Part shown: piece after piece, positions 56,482-64,000 of the stretch | Position numbering within the stretch: the stretch's first letter is position 1 | How the letters are laid out: each line of letters begins with the position of its first letter | Origin: an uncultured Verrucomicrobiae bacterium | GTDB lineage: Bacteria; Verrucomicrobiota; Verrucomicrobiia; Limisphaerales; Palsa-1400 | DNA length: 64,000 nt | Direction: 5' to 3' | Assembly: GCA_963764165.1 (NCBI GenBank) | Contig: CAVXRD010000002.1 | Coordinates: 1-64,000 of the forward strand | Position numbers and translations under genes: made by a program | Notes under the pieces: model-generated | The model's database searches: none | What the model was told of the DNA's origin: nothing | The model's input: only the letters and a program-made list of their open reading frames with translations

Positions 56482-58461
56482 TTATGTGCGTGTCGAAGGG
56501 AGAGTTTCCTGCGCTCGAGCATCCAGTAAATCGCGCACTCGGCGCACCAAGGTTGAAGTGTTATAGGGTTTGGGGAGAAAGGCTATGTTCTGCTGCGTTG
56601 CCATGTCCCCAAGAATGATCTCTTCCGTATAACCCGAAGTAAACAACACCTTGAGATGCGGGCTGCGCGATTGCAACCAATCCACCATTATTTTTCCGCT
56701 CATTTCGGGCATGACAACGTCGGTAATAACCAGTGCAATGGGATCGGCAGACTCACGAGCTACACTCAGTCCTGCCCTTCCATTGTCAGCCCTCAACACA
56801 TGATAGCCTTGGGCTTCCAAAACCAAGCAAGCCAAATCACGCACAGCAGGCTCGTCTTCGACCAGCAGCAACGTTTCCGTACCGCGGGGCAACGGCCCCG
56901 TTGGAGGTGGCTTGACCGCGATGTCCGGGGGTTGGGCAATTCTGGGGAAATAAATGTTAAATGTCGTGCCGCATCCAACTTTACTTTCGACGCTGATGTG
57001 TCCTCCGGCCTGCTGAACTATGGTATGGCAGGTTGCAAGGCCCAAGCCGGTGCCTTTGCCTTTGGGCTTCGTGGTGAAAAACGCCTCAAATAAATGCGCT
57101 TTAACCTCGTCCGTCATTCCGGTTCCCGTGTCACGGCAACTGAGCGACACGTAGTCTCCGGGTGACGCCTCGGCCCATAGTCGCGGGTCGCCTTCATTTA
57201 GCGTGACGTTAGTGGTGGCTATCGTGAGCCTTCCACCATCTGGCATGGCGTCACGGGCGTTTACCACCAGATTCATCGTTAATTGGCCTATATAGCCGGA
57301 ATCGGCCTTCACACGACCGAGTTTCTCTCCGAGAGAGATCGTTATTTGAACATCTTCATCAACGAGGCGCCGCAGCATTTTTTCCACCTCGTTCACCACG
57401 TCGTTGAGGTCAAGCACCACAAGCTGCACCGTTTGCCTGCGACTAAAGACGACCAATTGGCGCGTCAGTCCGGCCCCGCGCGCCGCCGCGTGCTGGATTT
57501 CGACTAGATATTCCCGCTCCTCGCACTCTGGGCTAAGACCCGGGGTAATTAGATTCGCATAACCCATAATGAGCCCGAGAATATTATCGAAGTCGTGCGC
57601 TATGCCGCCGGCCAATTGGCCCAGAACCTCCATTTTTTGCGCTTCGACAAGTTGCGCCTCGAGCTTTTTGATGCGGGAAATATCATGGCTGATCTTTGAG
57701 ACTCCCACGATCTCGCCATCGCGGGCTTCGATGGGAGTGAACCCGATGGAGACATTAATAAGGACGCCGTCTTTCCGTCGCCGAATCGTGTCAAAGGATC
57801 GAACCGTCTCGCCGTTCCTGACGTTAGCGATGGCGCTCATGTAATCCTTATAAGCGTCCGGCAGGAAAAGGCCGGAGACGGGGTGGCCGATCATTTCTTC
57901 GGCAGAATAACCATACAACTGTTCCGCACCTCGATTCCAACCAATGACGATTCCGTTGGCCGTTGTGCTGACGATAGCGTCTGACGAACACTCGATGATC
58001 GCGGCCAAACGCGCCATTTGCTTTTCCCTGGCCTTTCGTTCCGTGATGTCACGGACGTTGCACTGAATCACCTTTTTGTCACCTGCCTCATAGACGTTGC
58101 TGACAAACTCCACATCGATCTTGCGGCCATCCTTCGTTTCCAGCGGAAGGTCTTCATAACGAATAAAGCCATTTTTTTGCAACCGCCCCAACATTATGCT
58201 GTTCGCCTCAATATCCCTAAACGGACTAAGCTCGCCCACCGTTTTGCCGATCATTTCAGCCCGTGAAAAGCCAAGGAGTTCAAAGAGGAAAGGATTCACG
58301 TCGGTGATGCGCCCGGTGCCAACTTCCAGAATCAGGATGCCGTCTCTGGCTGCTTCAAACAGGCGGCGATAATTCGATTCGGATTCGCGGAATGCCAGTT
58401 CCATCCTAGCAGCGCCTTTTTCTGTTCGCGCATTATTACCGAGATTGGGCGTTTCCGTCAT
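56482..58461 (-). CDS. Cytoplasmic hybrid histidine kinase (PAS-PAS-HisKA-HATPase-REC)
   Basis: RDITERK and WNRGAEQLYGYSAEEMIG PAS motifs; GGIAHDFDN; NARDAM; GKGTGLGL; ITDVVMP. Confidence 0.92.
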   Translation of the reverse strand: MTETPNLGNNARTEKGAARMELAFRESESNYRRLFEAARDGILILEVGTGRITDVNPFLFELLGFSRAEMIGKTVGELSPFRDIEANSIMLGRLQKNGFIRYEDLPLETKDGRKIDVEFVSNVYEAGDKKVIQCNVRDITERKAREKQMARLAAIIECSSDAIVSTTANGIVIGWNRGAEQLYGYSAEEMIGHPVSGLFLPDAYKDYMSAIANVRNGETVRSFDTIRRRKDGVLINVSIGFTPIEARDGEIVGVSKISHDISRIKKLEAQLVEAQKMEVLGQLAGGIAHDFDNILGLIMGYANLITPGLSPECEEREYLVEIQHAAARGAGLTRQLVVFSRRQTVQLVVLDLNDVVNEVEKMLRRLVDEDVQITISLGEKLGRVKADSGYIGQLTMNLVVNARDAMPDGGRLTIATTNVTLNEGDPRLWAEASPGDYVSLSCRDTGTGMTDEVKAHLFEAFFTTKPKGKGTGLGLATCHTIVQQAGGHISVESKVGCGTTFNIYFPRIAQPPDIAVKPPPTGPLPRGTETLLLVEDEPAVRDLACLVLEAQGYHVLRADNGRAGLSVARESADPIALVITDVVMPEMSGKIMVDWLQSRSPHLKVLFTSGYTEEIILGDMATQQNIAFLPKPYNTSTLVRRVRDLLDARAQETLPSTRT

Positions 58462-58880
58462 TGGCCCAGTCCGTTAAGAAGGGAAAGATTACACTCTTCT
58501 TTCAAGATGCCTTTGAATGAACGAGGTGGGAGTGTTTCATACCAGCAAGCCTACGGAGAAGCGCCGCGTTCGTCTCTCAGGTCTTTCCCGGATATCATTT
58601 CCCGCAAATGTCACTCATAGTCTGCAATTTGCCTCACTAAGCGCCCCAATTGCTCCGCACTCTTAATCCGCCTAAGCGATGATCGGACCTTCGTATCGTC
58701 TCGCCGTGAATGCGCAGAATCGATGAAAAATTGGCACTGCGTTAAACGCGATGAGATACGGACCGCATTTAACGCCAATGCCATAGCGCCGGAGGGGTCG
58801 AACGGCTCTCCCGGAATATACGGTATCGCTATTGACGGCGGGCTTTGTTGCGTTTCGCTTCAGATTGGGTATAGTCGAGG

Positions 58881-59321
58881 GTGGCAACCCCAGCCTACAA
58901 CGTTTTGATTGCAGATGACTCGGAAGATGACCGTTTCTTTTTGCGCCGACTCCTGGAGCGCTTCCCGCGATTCAGAGTCATCCGTGAAGTCTGCGACGGG
59001 TTGGAGGCGATCGAGTTTTTGTCGAACGCGAAATCCAATCCCAAATCCGAAATGCTGCCTGATTTGCTGTTCCTGGACTTGAAAATGCCCCACAAAGGCG
59101 GGTTTGAGGTGTTGGAATGGATGCGAACCCAAAACTGTAGGCCGCTGACCGTGGCCGTTTTATCCAGTTCGGCTCTGGTCGAAGATCAACGCCAAAGCTT
59201 GCGGTTAGGAGCGGATGGATTTTGGGTGAAAACCGCCGATTCAGCCGTGCAGAACAGTATGGTGGCTGCGCTTGAAGCCATGCTGGATGAGCGCGCGAAT
59301 GCGCTCAAGAATGAAGGCTAA
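58881..59321 (+). CDS. Stand-alone response regulator (CheY/Rcp-like)
   Basis: VLIADDSEDD, LFLDLKMP, LSSS, GADGFWVK. Confidence 0.88.
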   Translation: MATPAYNVLIADDSEDDRFFLRRLLERFPRFRVIREVCDGLEAIEFLSNAKSNPKSEMLPDLLFLDLKMPHKGGFEVLEWMRTQNCRPLTVAVLSSSALVEDQRQSLRLGADGFWVKTADSAVQNSMVAALEAMLDERANALKNEG

Positions 59322-59528
59322 GCAGTTAACTATTTGCCGCCGCACAGGTTTTTTTTCGAGTGCGCGCTTTCCGAACCAAGCACCGGCAAGTAAGGCGCGA
59401 AGGAGCGCAGTTGTCAGCCAATCCTAAAACCTGCGGTCGATTGCGCAATTTCATGCCTCTGCAAGATTATTGCAAAAAGACAGAATTTCCCCCAGGTTGT
59501 TTACCGCTCGAACAAAGTTGCCGCTACC

Positions 59529-59798
59529 ATGATTTCAAACGAACGGCCATCGCCTTACGGAAATCGCGCTTACACGATTGAGAATCGAAGGTCGCCCGCT
59601 TCTGAAAACACGCTAAAAACGGAACGAATTCAAATCGAGCGCAAATCGTCCACGTTCACGCTCAAAGAAATCACAAAGGCCAGTTTTTGCGGATCACGGA
59701 GGATATTGGCGGACGATTCAACTGCACCGCCATTCCCCCAAGCCCAAACAACTAGCCCGTCTGGCAATGAAGACAACCAAAGAGAGGGCCGGAAATAA
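59529..59798 (+). pseudogene. PUR-family (PurA / DUF3276-like) ssDNA/RNA-binding protein, frameshifted near 59669
   Basis: Frame 0 gives TLKTERIQIERKSSTFTLKE; the -1 frame continues NHKGQFLRITEDIGGRFNCTAIP, together matching the PUR repeat pattern KEN-x-RG-x-FLRITE. Stop at 59753-59755. Confidence 0.7.
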
Positions 59799-59890
59799 AA
59801 GCCAAGATGAGTTTTCAACCGTCGGGCGAGTGGCGTGATTTGAAAAGGAAATCGCGTTGTATTCTTTCTTGCGAAAGTGCATTAAGAGGC

Positions 59891-60172
59891 ATGGCAAAAA
59901 CACCAAAAAAGACCGAGAGAACACCGAATGCAGCCTTCATGAAACCGGTTCAACCGGATGACAAGCTGGCCAAAGTCGTCGGCGAAAAACCGCTTCCCAG
60001 GACTGAGTTGACGAAAAAGTTGTGGGCCTACATCCGCAAGAACGGATTGCAGGACGCCAAGAAAAAGACGCTAATAAATGCGGACGAAGCGTTGAAGGCC
60101 GTCTTCAATGGAAAAAAGCAAGTCAGCATGTTTGAAATGACCAAGCTGGTCTCGGGGCATTTGAACAAATGA
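59891..60172 (+). CDS. Stand-alone SWIB/MDM2 domain protein
   Basis: NAAFMKPVQPDDKLAKVVG...PRTELTKKLWAYIRKNGLQD...INADEALKAVF...VSMFEMTKLVSGHL. Confidence 0.92.
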   Translation: MAKTPKKTERTPNAAFMKPVQPDDKLAKVVGEKPLPRTELTKKLWAYIRKNGLQDAKKKTLINADEALKAVFNGKKQVSMFEMTKLVSGHLNK

Positions 60173-60271
60173 TGTTGGGAGAGTCGGCGAACTCTGTCGT
60201 CGAGCAATTAATGGCGATGCGTCGGAATTTCGCTTGAGCCATTCCGGCAAGAATGGAAAACTAAGAGCGTC

Positions 60272-60769
60272 GTGGAAAATTTCGACCGTGGAGACAAATT
60301 ATCCTTGATGGCGGCATTAGGCTGGCTGGAATTGGGCAATCCACTGGAAGCAAATTCCGAATTGGATAATGTCGCGCCGGAGTTAATAGCCCACCCAATT
60401 ACCCTGCGAGTTCGTTGGTGCGTGTACGTATCGGTTGCGAAATGGGAGATGGCATTGACGGTGGCCCGAGGGCTTCGACAAATGCAGCCCAAGAATTTCA
60501 GCGGTTGGGTTTTGGAAGCCGAGACGCTCGATTTGATGGGCCGGACAGACGAAGCATGGGAGACACTTTTGCTGGTGGCACATCGCTTTTCAAATGCGCC
60601 CGCCATCAGCTACTTGTTAGCCTGCTATTGTGCAAAACTGGGCTATCCTCGGGCGGCGGAACGCTGGATAAGGGCCGCAGCAGAAATCGAGAATTCCCGC
60701 TCCCTTAAGTTGCGGCTGTTAGATGAGCCGGATTTGTCAACAGTGTGGGAGCTCAGCGAGAGCGTTTGA
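60272..60769 (+). CDS. TPR-like helical protein
   Basis: AALGWLELG, WEMALTVA, YLLACYCAKLG...AERWIRAA helical repeats. Confidence 0.75.
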   Translation: MENFDRGDKLSLMAALGWLELGNPLEANSELDNVAPELIAHPITLRVRWCVYVSVAKWEMALTVARGLRQMQPKNFSGWVLEAETLDLMGRTDEAWETLLLVAHRFSNAPAISYLLACYCAKLGYPRAAERWIRAAAEIENSRSLKLRLLDEPDLSTVWELSESV

Positions 60770-60801
60770 CTCCGGCGAAATACCGTAGCATCCTTGGCCA
60801 G

Positions 60802-61146
60802 ATGAAACACCTAAAAGATTACACGGTTGCCGAATTGCGCCGAGCAATCGCCCTCAAGGAAAAGATCGAAAACCTTCAAGGTGAATTAGCCGCATTTGGA
60901 GACGGCCCTGAAACCGAGGTCCCCAAAACCGAAGGCAAGCGGCGCATGTCTGCTGCCGCTCGCAGGAAGATTGGTCTGGCGCAAAAGGCGCGCTGGGCGA
61001 AACAAAACGGAAAGGCGGGGGATAAGCCCGTATCCAAAAAGAGGCGAATGAGCGCGGCCAGCCGGGCGCGAATCGCGGCGGCGGCGAAGGCGCGATGGGC
61101 AAAAGTTCGAGAAGCTGGTGGCAACACCTTGGCCAAGGCAAGCTAG
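60802..61146 (+). CDS. Small basic protein with coiled-coil N-terminus and two KRRMSAA...ARWAK repeats (putative nucleoid-associated protein)
   Basis: KRRMSAAARRKIGLAQKARWAK and KRRMSAASRARIAAAAKARWAK after the helical ELRRAIALKEKIENLQGEL. Confidence 0.75.
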   Translation: MKHLKDYTVAELRRAIALKEKIENLQGELAAFGDGPETEVPKTEGKRRMSAAARRKIGLAQKARWAKQNGKAGDKPVSKKRRMSAASRARIAAAAKARWAKVREAGGNTLAKAS

Positions 61147-64000
61147 ACTGCAACTCCGACTTCTGCGTTACGGTCTATTGAGGCACCGCTTCGTTGCGTT
61201 AAGTTCTCTGCTTGAGTATTTACTGATTCGCTCGATTCCGCAGTTGTCGTGTCCAGTTGATTGGAAGCCTGGTTTTTCGTCAAATCCAGCGCTTCGGTAA
61301 TGTCCTGCTGACGTTTCATCAGCCCCGCCAGTTTGTCGGCATACTCGAACGGCTGTTGCGTTTGCTCTTGCAAGCCAGCCATGCGCTTTTGGGTAGATTT
61401 AATATTTTCCTCCAGCTTCGCTGCCGCTTCATCCAAGTTTTGCACGGAATATTCCAACGAGCGCGTCATGCCTTGGGCCGTATTGGCCAAGCTGATGGTG
61501 TGAGAAGATGTTCCCCGAAGAATAATTTCTGGCCCGCGCATGTAACTGTCGGCCACCAGAATCTTGAATCCGACAAAGGAGCCGATTTCTCGCTGTGAAT
61601 TTGAACCGCGCATTTTCTCCGCGCAACGCAACATCAATTCTCCGGCGATGCCTCGGTCACGAATGGTTTCACCTTCGATGGTGATCGCAAATTTATCGCC
61701 GCGTGAATCCGCGCGGGCAGCGATATCCGCCCGCACATCGGTGAGGCTCTTTTCCAAACGCGGAATTTCATCTGTCAAATAACGAAGCTGATACTTCATC
61801 TTGTATTGAGACTGAACATGCTGGCTGTGCAGGCGGGTAAGCCGGGCAATTTCGGCATCGACACCCGCCTTTTCAATCACCATCGGATTGCCGGAAGCGA
61901 TGGCTTTAACCTCGGCATAGGTCAGGGCCGCTCCGTCCACATCTTCAATTCGTCGCAAATCACTCTCGCCCGTCATCACTTGGGCGATAAACTTGGCCTT
62001 AGTTTCGAGCGTTTGCCACATATAGGCATCGAATGATTCTTCGGTGACGTAGCGATAAATTTCAATTTCGGGATTAGTGTTTCCCTGGCGCAAGATGCGG
62101 CCTTCGCGCTGCTCGACGTCAGCAGGCCGCCAAGGCGCGTCCAAGTGATGCTCGGCGATCAGCCGTTCCTGCACATTCGTGCCTGCGCCCATTTTTTGAG
62201 TGCTGCCAAAGAGGATTCGCACTTTGCCGGCCCGGACATCGTGGAATAAGGCGCTTTTGGCGTTGTCAGCATCGTAATCCTGAATGAACGCGATTTCGGA
62301 TACGGGCACTCCTGCGCGGACAAGTTTGTCGCGCAAATTCTCATAGACTGAGAATCCTTTGCCGTTCGTCGGCGTGGACAAATCACAGAACACCAGTTGC
62401 GAACATTTCTTGTCTGCGGTTTGCCGCCAGACGCGCTCAATTTGCGCCGCCGCTTTGTTAACCTTGCTTTCTGGCACATCGGGCAGTTTGGGATCATAAA
62501 GCCGCAAATCCAAAGCCGCTTTACGCCCATCCGTCGTGACAAGCAGCATATTGTCCTCGCGAGGATCGACACGCCCGGTGCGTAAGGCTTCCGCTCGTTC
62601 CACTAAATCCTGGACGATGGCTTTTAATTGCGGTGAACAAGGGGCGCTGAGAACGATGGCTTTGCCCGTCTTGATTTCAGGGATGGGCAATTTCAACATC
62701 TTTTGCGTTTGAATGTCCGCGACCTGCCGAAATTGCTGCATGAGTTCAGGAACATTGATGAAACGGGCGAATCGGGTGTGCAGGCGATAGCCTGAACCGT
62801 CCGGTGACAGTTCCATCGCCGTGACAGGCTCGCCGAACGTCGCGGCCCAGGAATCAAAGTGGTCGATTTTTTGCGCTTTGAGCGCAGGCGTTTGGAGATA
62901 ACGCTGCATAGTGTACATCTCGGCCACGCTGTTGGCGATGGGGGTGCCGGTGGCAAAGATGACACCGCCTCCGCCATTGATTCGCTGAATATGCTGAACT
63001 TTCAGCAACATATCGAAGGCGCGTTGGGAGGCGGTGGCGGGCAAACCCGAAATGCGGGTCATTTTCGAGACGTAAAATAGATTCTTGAAATAATGCGCCT
63101 CATCGACGAACAGGCGATCCACGCCCAATTCTTCAAACGTCAAAACGTCGTCCTTTTTCTCGCCTGCCGATAACTCCTTTAATTTGGTTTCGAGTTTCTT
63201 CTTGGCCCGTTCCAATTCCTTGACGATACGAGAATTTTCCTGTTGCCGCTGCTCCTCGATAGCCAAGGCCAATTCGCGCAACTGGCTTTTGAAAAATTCC
63301 TCGGACGTTGCCTTAGCCACAGGAATCTTTTCAAAACAGGAATGAGTCACGATGACAGCATCCCAATTGCCGGTGGCAATGCGACTCATCAGAGTTTTTC
63401 GTTTCTGTTTTTCAAAATCATCCTTGGAAGCAACCAAAATGTTGGCGCCGGGATAAAGGGTCAATAGTTCAGAGGAGAACTGGCCGAGCATGTGATTCGG
63501 CACGGCGAACATTGGTTTACAGGCCAGTCCCAAGCGGCGAAATTCCATTGCCGCCGCCACCATCGTGTACGTTTTGCCCGCGCCAACAACATGGGCCAGC
63601 AAGGTGTTGGGCGTTTGCAGAATGCGCCAGACGCTGGCTTTTTGATGTGGGCGCAAGACCACGGAGGGGGATGCGCCTGGCAGCGTTAAATGTTCCCCGC
63701 TGAAAGTTCGCAAGCGGATGCAATTGAATTCGTCATTATATTTTCGGGCCAGCCGTTCGCGGCGTTCGTCATCCTGCCAAATCCATTCCTTGAAACGTTC
63801 TTTGATTTTCTCCTGCTTGTCGCGAGCTGCTTCGGTGGCGGACGGATTAAGAATGTCACGATTCTGTTCTCGATCATGATCGTAAATGGTCGGCGTGCGG
63901 AGATTAAGCGCATCTTCGAGCAAGTCCAAGGCGCTGCGCCGGTCGGTTCCCCATTCTGCCGTATTGGCGACACTGGTTTTGGCGTTCCATCCACCTTTCA
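61143..64000 (-). CDS. SNF2/SF2 helicase, DarB-like; C-terminal part, 5-prime end outside the window
   Basis: AHVVGAGKT, VDEAHYFKN, FATGTPIANS, QLVFCDL, MGAGTNVQ, EQREGRILRQGN; the frame stays open to the window edge. Confidence 0.9.
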   Translation of the reverse strand, partial: KGGWNAKTSVANTAEWGTDRRSALDLLEDALNLRTPTIYDHDREQNRDILNPSATEAARDKQEKIKERFKEWIWQDDERRERLARKYNDEFNCIRLRTFSGEHLTLPGASPSVVLRPHQKASVWRILQTPNTLLAHVVGAGKTYTMVAAAMEFRRLGLACKPMFAVPNHMLGQFSSELLTLYPGANILVASKDDFEKQKRKTLMSRIATGNWDAVIVTHSCFEKIPVAKATSEEFFKSQLRELALAIEEQRQQENSRIVKELERAKKKLETKLKELSAGEKKDDVLTFEELGVDRLFVDEAHYFKNLFYVSKMTRISGLPATASQRAFDMLLKVQHIQRINGGGGVIFATGTPIANSVAEMYTMQRYLQTPALKAQKIDHFDSWAATFGEPVTAMELSPDGSGYRLHTRFARFINVPELMQQFRQVADIQTQKMLKLPIPEIKTGKAIVLSAPCSPQLKAIVQDLVERAEALRTGRVDPREDNMLLVTTDGRKAALDLRLYDPKLPDVPESKVNKAAAQIERVWRQTADKKCSQLVFCDLSTPTNGKGFSVYENLRDKLVRAGVPVSEIAFIQDYDADNAKSALFHDVRAGKVRILFGSTQKMGAGTNVQERLIAEHHLDAPWRPADVEQREGRILRQGNTNPEIEIYRYVTEESFDAYMWQTLETKAKFIAQVMTGESDLRRIEDVDGAALTYAEVKAIASGNPMVIEKAGVDAEIARLTRLHSQHVQSQYKMKYQLRYLTDEIPRLEKSLTDVRADIAARADSRGDKFAITIEGETIRDRGIAGELMLRCAEKMRGSNSQREIGSFVGFKILVADSYMRGPEIILRGTSSHTISLANTAQGMTRSLEYSVQNLDEAAAKLEENIKSTQKRMAGLQEQTQQPFEYADKLAGLMKRQQDITEALDLTKNQASNQLDTTTAESSESVNTQAENLTQRSGASIDRNAEVGVAV

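Larger units (their letters stand above)
49712..64000. mobile_element. Probable integrative conjugative element / genomic island, left part; continues beyond the window
   Basis: Starts at the broken tRNA; att-arm-like repeats; VirB6-like, Xis-like, XRE and DarB-like genes; visibly more AT-rich; none of the host REP families seen. No integrase is in the window. Confidence 0.8.

Noticed and set aside
58659..58668. Second ACTCTTAATC matching the tRNA break point (also CTCTTAATC at 52268-52276)
   Set aside because: Neither is followed by a T arm or acceptor strand, the 52268 copy lies within a start-codon region, and mobile-element genes continue beyond both. A 9-10 nt match is plausible by chance.

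Overview
GC-rich bacterial chromosome segment. Gene content (PVC-type heme-binding CxxCH protein, DUF1559-type prepilin proteins, GloVer-repeat protease, FYRV-type C-termini) points to Verrucomicrobiota, probably Pedosphaera-like; this is inference. Positions 1-49,670 are host chromosome: an isomerase/hydrolase fusion, a PVC cytochrome c protein, a TonB-dependent uptake operon preceded by a His/Cys-rich leader ORF ending in RDPP, an A-type Fe-S carrier, rpsB-tsf-pyrH-frr, two paralogous secreted Ig-like proteins (one frameshifted), a vapBC pair, a two-domain glycogen debranching enzyme, an IS1182 inserted in the loop of a REP hairpin, MFS/GT4/TPR genes, a large S53 protease, an M3 peptidase and a decapitated ECF sigma locus. 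At least four families of REP/REPIN-like inverted repeats fill the intergenic spaces. At 49,671-49,711 a tRNA-Lys(CTT) gene breaks off just after its anticodon loop and is followed by an att-arm-like sequence. From there to the window end runs a probable integrative conjugative element carrying VirB6-like, Xis-like and XRE genes, two hybrid histidine kinases, a cluster of nucleic-acid-binding genes (frameshifted PUR protein, SWIB/MDM2 protein, TPR protein, basic repeat protein) and a DarB-like SNF2 helicase. All calls were made by eye from motifs, with no database search, and several start codons are estimates.
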